Shown: positions 59,138 to 64,000 of the stretch, piece after piece
How the letters are laid out: every line of letters starts with the position of its first letter
How positions within the stretch are numbered: the stretch's first letter is position 1
Assembly: GCA_964446535.1 (NCBI GenBank)
Contig: CAYUOR010000002.1
Location: 43,372 to 107,371 of the forward strand
Length of the DNA: 64,000 bases
Reading direction: 5' to 3'
From: an uncultured Candidatus Saccharibacteria bacterium
GTDB taxonomy: Bacteria; Patescibacteriota; Minisyncoccia; Phycocordibacterales; Zambryskibacteraceae
The notes under the pieces: generated by a model
The model's input: the letters and a program-made list of their open reading frames with translations, nothing else
What the model was told of the DNA's origin: nothing
Databases searched by the model: none
Position numbers and translations under genes: made by a program

Positions 59138-60595
59138 CTACTTAGCGCTAGGGTTGGTAATGATTTGTGATCCCTCGGGAAGCGTAGAGAGAAGCTCAAC
59201 CGAGCCGGAGGAATCACGTTCACCGACCGTTACTGGAGTTTTCACCTCCTTGCCGTCCGAGCCCAGTATATAGACGAAGGATTCCTCTCCTTCCACGACG
59301 ACTGTTCTCTCGGGGATAAGGAAGACCGAAGGCTTTCTAGAAGTTTCAATTTCTATATTGGCGGTCATACCGGAGCGCACTAACTCAGACTGATTTGTCA
59401 GGGCGAGGCGGACTTTGTATGTAGAGACACCGTCGCGGATAGTCTCGGCTGGGTCTATGTGTATGACACGAGCTTGGAACTTCTCTTTCTCGCCGTAGGC
59501 GTCAAGTGTGACAGAAGCAGTATCACCGACCTTTACTCCCGAGATAGAAACTTCTGGCACAAAGGATTCTATCTCGAGTTCGCGGCTGATGACCGAGATT
59601 ACTTCGGCATTCGCGGCGACAGTCTGCCCGACCTTCGCGTCCTGCTTCGAGACGACACCGTCTATGGGAGAAGAGAGAGAAGTTTTGGAGAGCTGTGAGC
59701 GAGCATTCGCGAGAGCGGCACGAGCGGCCTCAACCCGTGCGACCTGTACAGGCACATCGAGTAAAAGGTTTTTGAGATTTTCTTCCGAAGAGATGAGACT
59801 CTGGGTTGCGGTGTTTAGAGCGGCCTCGGCTGCGGCCATAGTTGTTTTGTATCCGTCTATCGTAGTCTGCGAGAGCCAAGCCGATTCTTCAAAAAGATTT
59901 GCCGCCTGGGAAACTTCCGAGACGTAGCGGGCGACTGTGGCCAGGTTTTCTCGAGACTTGGAGAGCTTTTCTTCTGTGTAAGTTGTGAGTGAGAGACCGG
60001 TTGTAATATTTCTCCAGTTCTCGAAGAGGACATCCATCTTACGTCGAGTACTGTTTATAGAGTCGCGGAGATTCACATCCTTTGAGAGGTCGCCGTTTAT
60101 CTCGGGGAAGCCCGAGTGGATATTGATAAAGAGCTGATCGGCTTTCTTATAAACAGCGTCGTCGGCGACGGCGCGGGCGTTGAGGATACTCTGGATCACA
60201 GCGCGCTTCGAGTTCGTAATCTGCGCTTCGAAGGTGCCTGCACCCTCGAGCTTATCGAGTCCGGCGAGAGCAAGATTAAGTTCGGCTTCCGCCTTCAGCA
60301 CCTCGGCCGAGATAGTACTTGCATCCAGGCGCGCGAGGAGCGAGCCCCTGTTTACAACAGAGCCGACCTCGCGTGAGACCGAGGCGACAGTACCCGAGAC
60401 CTCGAAGCCGAGATTTACACTCTCTTTCGGAATCACCTTGCCCGAAATTTTGACAGTCCTGACGAGGTCACCGAGAACGGGAGAGACGACCGTTTTCTCG
60501 CCGTTACCTCCCGCCTTGAAGATGAAAATGCCGCCGACTAAGACTACTAGGGCGACAATTAGAAAAACCTTTCTTTGTTTAACAAATGCAAACAT
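59138..60595 (-). CDS. Periplasmic adaptor / membrane fusion protein (MacA/HlyD-like)
   Basis: Lipoyl half-motifs (SG.V..V....G..V..G..LA.LD; SPIDGVV), long helical hairpin, RSGMTA. Confidence 0.88.
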   Translation of the reverse strand: MFAFVKQRKVFLIVALVVLVGGIFIFKAGGNGEKTVVSPVLGDLVRTVKISGKVIPKESVNLGFEVSGTVASVSREVGSVVNRGSLLARLDASTISAEVLKAEAELNLALAGLDKLEGAGTFEAQITNSKRAVIQSILNARAVADDAVYKKADQLFINIHSGFPEINGDLSKDVNLRDSINSTRRKMDVLFENWRNITTGLSLTTYTEEKLSKSRENLATVARYVSEVSQAANLFEESAWLSQTTIDGYKTTMAAAEAALNTATQSLISSEENLKNLLLDVPVQVARVEAARAALANARSQLSKTSLSSPIDGVVSKQDAKVGQTVAANAEVISVISRELEIESFVPEVSISGVKVGDTASVTLDAYGEKEKFQARVIHIDPAETIRDGVSTYKVRLALTNQSELVRSGMTANIEIETSRKPSVFLIPERTVVVEGEESFVYILGSDGKEVKTPVTVGERDSSGSVELLSTLPEGSQIITNPSAK

Positions 60596-60631
60596 TGTAA
60601 GAACAATTTATAACATTTTTCCCATCCATTA

Positions 60632-60874
60632 TCAATTCTTTATTTCAAAGACTTTTCTTTTCGACGTGGCACCCGAGACGAGACGCACTTCGGAGCGCGA
60701 GACGCCGAAGTGTCGAGCTAAGAGTTTCACAATCGCCTCGTTTGCCCGACCCTCTTTCGGCGCCTCCTTTACCGAGACGGTGTAGTACTCCTCCGGGTCC
60801 TTTATGAGCTTCAAGGGCGGGGGAGCGACCTTGTCTTCCTTTGCGCCCGCCTTCGCCCTAACAAAAATTTTCAT
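60632..60874 (-). CDS. DUF167/YggU family protein
   Basis: P.EGRANEA...LA.HF.V, SGATS..K. Confidence 0.85.
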   Translation of the reverse strand: MKIFVRAKAGAKEDKVAPPPLKLIKDPEEYYTVSVKEAPKEGRANEAIVKLLARHFGVSRSEVRLVSGATSKRKVFEIKN

Positions 60875-60927
60875 TGTCTTATAGAGTAGCATTTTTCGGA
60901 ATTATCAATTTTTAATAGCTAGCTCAT

Positions 60928-61000
60928 TAACCTATGAAATACTATGAAATTTTGCAAAAAGCTTGACTGGAATATAGCACATATGATAACCTATGAAATA
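60928..61000 (+). promoter_or_regulatory. hsd promoter overlapped by CTATGAAAT direct repeats
   Basis: TTGACT 60963, TG-A-TAACCT -10; CTATGAAAT at 60932, 60942, 60991. Confidence 0.65.
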
Positions 61001-62703
61001 TGAAGAAAACATCAAACGAGAAGGCACTACTCTCAATCAGCGAAGTTTCAAGCATTTTTGGTATTCACCAAGACACGCTTCGTAATTGGGAGAAAAAAGG
61101 ACTTATTACTCCACTCCGTGTTGGTCCACGAAAAGATCGAAAGTACAAGCCGGAAGACATTGAGCGTATTGCGAATGATAAAAGTATTTTCAAGGGGCTT
61201 GATGAACCTCTCGATGATGGAAAAATGAATCTCACCCAACTCAAGCAATTCCTTTGGAGAAGTGCCGATATTTTGCGTGGAAAGATAGACAGTTCTGATT
61301 ACAAAAAATATATATTTGGACTCCTTTTCTACAAACGCATCAGTGATGTGTGGGACGAAGAATATAAAAAAGTTCTTGAGGAATATCATGACGAAGAAAT
61401 TGCTCGCGCAGATCACAATCACCGTTTCCAAGTTCCGAAAGATTGCCGATGGGAAGTAATACAAAAACAAGCAGAGGGTATCGGGCAGAAACTCAATGAA
61501 ATTTTTGATAAACTCACAAACGCAAACAGTCCCAAGCTCGACAAGATTTTTGATGATCTAGATTTTGCCAACAAGGATAAATTTCCAAATACTACTCTAC
61601 AAAATTTAATAAACCATTTTTCAAAACATAATTTTGGAGACAACTACATCAGCTCTGATCTTCTTGGGGATGCATACGAATATCTCATTGAGCAATTTGC
61701 GGCGGATGCGGGTAAAAAAGGCGGAGAATTTTACACTCCGCGTGAGGTTGAGCGGGTAATAATAAACATTTTAAAACCTCACGAGAAAGACCATATCTAC
61801 GATATGGCAGTTGGCTCTGGCGGTTTCCTACTCGAGGCGTATCACTATCTGCGAGAACAAGCTGGAGAAAAGAAAGCTCGCTCACTCTACCTTTACGGGC
61901 AAGAAATAAACATTGGTACATACGCAATTGCAAAAATTAACATGTTTCTCCACGGGCTTGATAGTGCAGACATTCAGCGCGGAGATACTCTTGCCGATCC
62001 AAAATTTTTGAATCCTGACGGATCGCTAAAAACCTATGATATCTGTGTTGCAAATCCGCCCTACTCCATTAGTGAATGGGAAGATCAGATTTTTGCCGCG
62101 AATAAACACGGAATTCTTGATGGTTATGAAATGCCTCCGGCAAAAAAAGCCGATTACGCCTTTGTGCTCCACATGGTGAAGTCCATGAATAAAAACGGTC
62201 GTGCGGGAATTGTGCTTCCTCACGGGGTACTTTTCCGAGGTGGCGCTGAAGGACGAATCCGTGAGCAACTGATAAAAAATGATCTCATAGAGACCGTCAT
62301 CGCTCTCCCCGCAAAGCTTTTCTATGGCACAGGTATTCCGGCGGCGATCGTGATATTTAACAAGAACAAACCAGAAGCTCACAAGAATAAAATTCTAATT
62401 ATAGACGCGGAAAAAGATTTTGAAGAAGGTAAAAACCAGAATCGCCTTCGCAAAAAAGATATTGAAAAAATTGTTTCGGCTTTTGAGAGTTACCGCGATG
62501 TTGAGAAATATGCTCGCATCGTGGGTATCAAAGAGTTGGAAGAAAATGAGTTCAATCTCAATGTCCGTCGCTATGTAGAAAATGGTGATGAGGAGGAAGT
62601 TGTAGATGTGAAAACAGTTTGGAGTGAATTGAAAGAAATTGAGAAGGAGCGCGAAGTGATTGATAAGAAGGCCGTCAATTATTTAAAAGAATTAAAATAT
62701 TAA
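61000..62703 (+). CDS. hsdM: Type I RM methyltransferase HsdM with N-terminal MerR-type HTH
   Basis: LSISEVS..FGIHQDTLRNWE..G; LW..AD.LRG; GEFYTP; GSGG; NPPY; LPHGVLFRG. Confidence 0.95.
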   Translation: MKKTSNEKALLSISEVSSIFGIHQDTLRNWEKKGLITPLRVGPRKDRKYKPEDIERIANDKSIFKGLDEPLDDGKMNLTQLKQFLWRSADILRGKIDSSDYKKYIFGLLFYKRISDVWDEEYKKVLEEYHDEEIARADHNHRFQVPKDCRWEVIQKQAEGIGQKLNEIFDKLTNANSPKLDKIFDDLDFANKDKFPNTTLQNLINHFSKHNFGDNYISSDLLGDAYEYLIEQFAADAGKKGGEFYTPREVERVIINILKPHEKDHIYDMAVGSGGFLLEAYHYLREQAGEKKARSLYLYGQEINIGTYAIAKINMFLHGLDSADIQRGDTLADPKFLNPDGSLKTYDICVANPPYSISEWEDQIFAANKHGILDGYEMPPAKKADYAFVLHMVKSMNKNGRAGIVLPHGVLFRGGAEGRIREQLIKNDLIETVIALPAKLFYGTGIPAAIVIFNKNKPEAHKNKILIIDAEKDFEEGKNQNRLRKKDIEKIVSAFESYRDVEKYARIVGIKELEENEFNLNVRRYVENGDEEEVVDVKTVWSELKEIEKEREVIDKKAVNYLKELKY

Positions 62704-62707
62704 ATGT

Positions 62708-63253
62708 ATGGAGAAATATATAATTTTTGAAGGAAATATTGACCAACAGGCAACACTTAGACTTGTTAACGCAATTCAAAATGCAATAAACCAAGCACCT
62801 CAGGCAACAAAGGTAACTATAATATTTTCCTCTCTTGGGGGAAGTATATATGATGGTTTCCTCTTGGCTTCTTTTATCCAAAACTCAAGAGTTCCGATTG
62901 CTATTCACGCTGTAAATCATATTGATTCAATTGCAAATGTTGTCTATTTATCTGTAAAAGAAAGAACAGCAGAATCTCATACGAAGTTTTATATGCATGG
63001 CGCCTCAACACAAGGAAATTTCGACGAGAAAGCACTTAAAGAACAACTTTCTTCGATTAAGACCAATAATAGTCGCATAGCTCACTTTGTGACTGCAAAT
63101 TCGGGCATTAGTCTCAAGAAAGTGAGATCAATGATGGAAAGCGGAACAACGATTTCAGCTCAAGAAGCTTTAAAGTATAAAATTGTTCAAAAAATAATGC
63201 ATCGTGAAGTTCCTCCAGATGCAATTAGAGAAGAAATAATTTATGTCAATTAA
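62708..63253 (+). CDS. Divergent ClpP-family (S14-like) protein
   Basis: SSLGGS..DG, IDSIA (Ser), YMHG (His), SAQEALKYKIV. Confidence 0.78.
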   Translation: MEKYIIFEGNIDQQATLRLVNAIQNAINQAPQATKVTIIFSSLGGSIYDGFLLASFIQNSRVPIAIHAVNHIDSIANVVYLSVKERTAESHTKFYMHGASTQGNFDEKALKEQLSSIKTNNSRIAHFVTANSGISLKKVRSMMESGTTISAQEALKYKIVQKIMHREVPPDAIREEIIYVN

Positions 63254-64000
63254 ATCTTCACAACAAAATATTCCCAGTGGATGGCAAGAAACCAAACTTC
63301 TTGATTGTCTTCGCATTCCATCAAAGCTTTCGGGTATAAAACTTTCTGAATATGAGAAAGAGGGTGATTTTCCTGTTTTTGATCAGGGGCAAGATTATAT
63401 TAGTGGATTTTCATCAAACAAAGACTTAGTGGTTAAAGATGTCCCTGCAATACTTTTTGGTGACCACACTCGTATTGTGAAATATATAAAAAGTCCATTT
63501 GTTGCAGGAGCCGACGGAACCAAAATATTTTGGGCAAAAGATGGTTTTGATCCAACATTTCTTTATTATTTGGTTTTGAGTCAAAAAATTCCCAATACTG
63601 GATATAACCGACATTTCAAATTTTTCAAAGATATAAAAGTAATAATTCCTGAATCTAAAACCGAACAACAAAAAATTGCAGAGATTTTGGGGACGGTGGA
63701 TGAGGATATTGCGAAAACAAAGGAAGTAATTCAAGCGACAGAAAAGCTTAAGCGAGGGCTTATGCAACAGCTCTTTACTCGCGGGATTGGGCATACAAAA
63801 TTTAAGGAAACAAAAATCGGACAGATTCCTGAGGACTGGGAATTAGTGAAGATGAAAAATATTTGTACAGTAAGACAAGGTCTTCAAATTGCAATTTCTC
63901 AAAGATTTTCAGAGTATAAAGAAGGTAGATACAAATATATTACTTTGAAAAGCATAAAAGAGAATATTTATGATTATATTGAATCACCTAAACAGTCAGT
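63243..64000 (+). CDS. hsdS: Type I RM specificity subunit HsdS (3' truncated by window)
   Basis: Read by hand from ATG 63243: IPSGW, EQQKIAEIL..VD, LKRGLMQQLFT, GQIPEDW. Confidence 0.93.
   Translation, partial: MSIKSSQQNIPSGWQETKLLDCLRIPSKLSGIKLSEYEKEGDFPVFDQGQDYISGFSSNKDLVVKDVPAILFGDHTRIVKYIKSPFVAGADGTKIFWAKDGFDPTFLYYLVLSQKIPNTGYNRHFKFFKDIKVIIPESKTEQQKIAEILGTVDEDIAKTKEVIQATEKLKRGLMQQLFTRGIGHTKFKETKIGQIPEDWELVKMKNICTVRQGLQIAISQRFSEYKEGRYKYITLKSIKENIYDYIESPKQS

Noticed and set aside
63426-63794. 122-aa minus-strand ORF
   Set aside because: It is antisense to hsdS, which the track missed because it runs off the window.

Overview
Core-genome segment of a small bacterium using the standard code (TGA is a stop in tpiA, recJ and map). 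Gene content and gene form point to Patescibacteria/CPR, Parcubacteria-like; this is an inference from the missing rpmD in the spc operon, split comEC, type IV pilus locus with Cys-rich adhesins and SD-less starts. Contents: nusA-ppa-clpP-rny-HU-CCA enzyme; a 6-tRNA cluster; an AT-rich parS/DnaA-box region (candidate oriC) containing an unassigned structured RNA; a type IV pilus/adhesin locus; tpiA-pgk; recJ-rnhA-comEC-sod; a rearranged str/S10/spc superoperon with strongly truncated uL3 and uL15; a short 6S-like RNA; infC-rpmI-rplT; a second unassigned RNA and an array of tiny stand-alone SD-bearing genes beside tmRNA/smpB; ftsH; tRNA-Ile(UAU); recG; a MacAB/Lol-type ABC system; and an AT-rich type I restriction-modification operon (MerR-HTH-HsdM, ClpP-like gene, HsdS). 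Strongest novelty candidates: (1) two tRNA-Pro genes each preceded by an exactly 73-bp leader made of an acceptor-stem minihelix plus a long hairpin that co-varies with, and could sequester, its own tRNA 5' end; (2) a ClpP-like gene inside an apparently autoregulated hsd operon; (3) two orphan ncRNAs; (4) the mini-gene array. All calls were made by eye, with no database searches.
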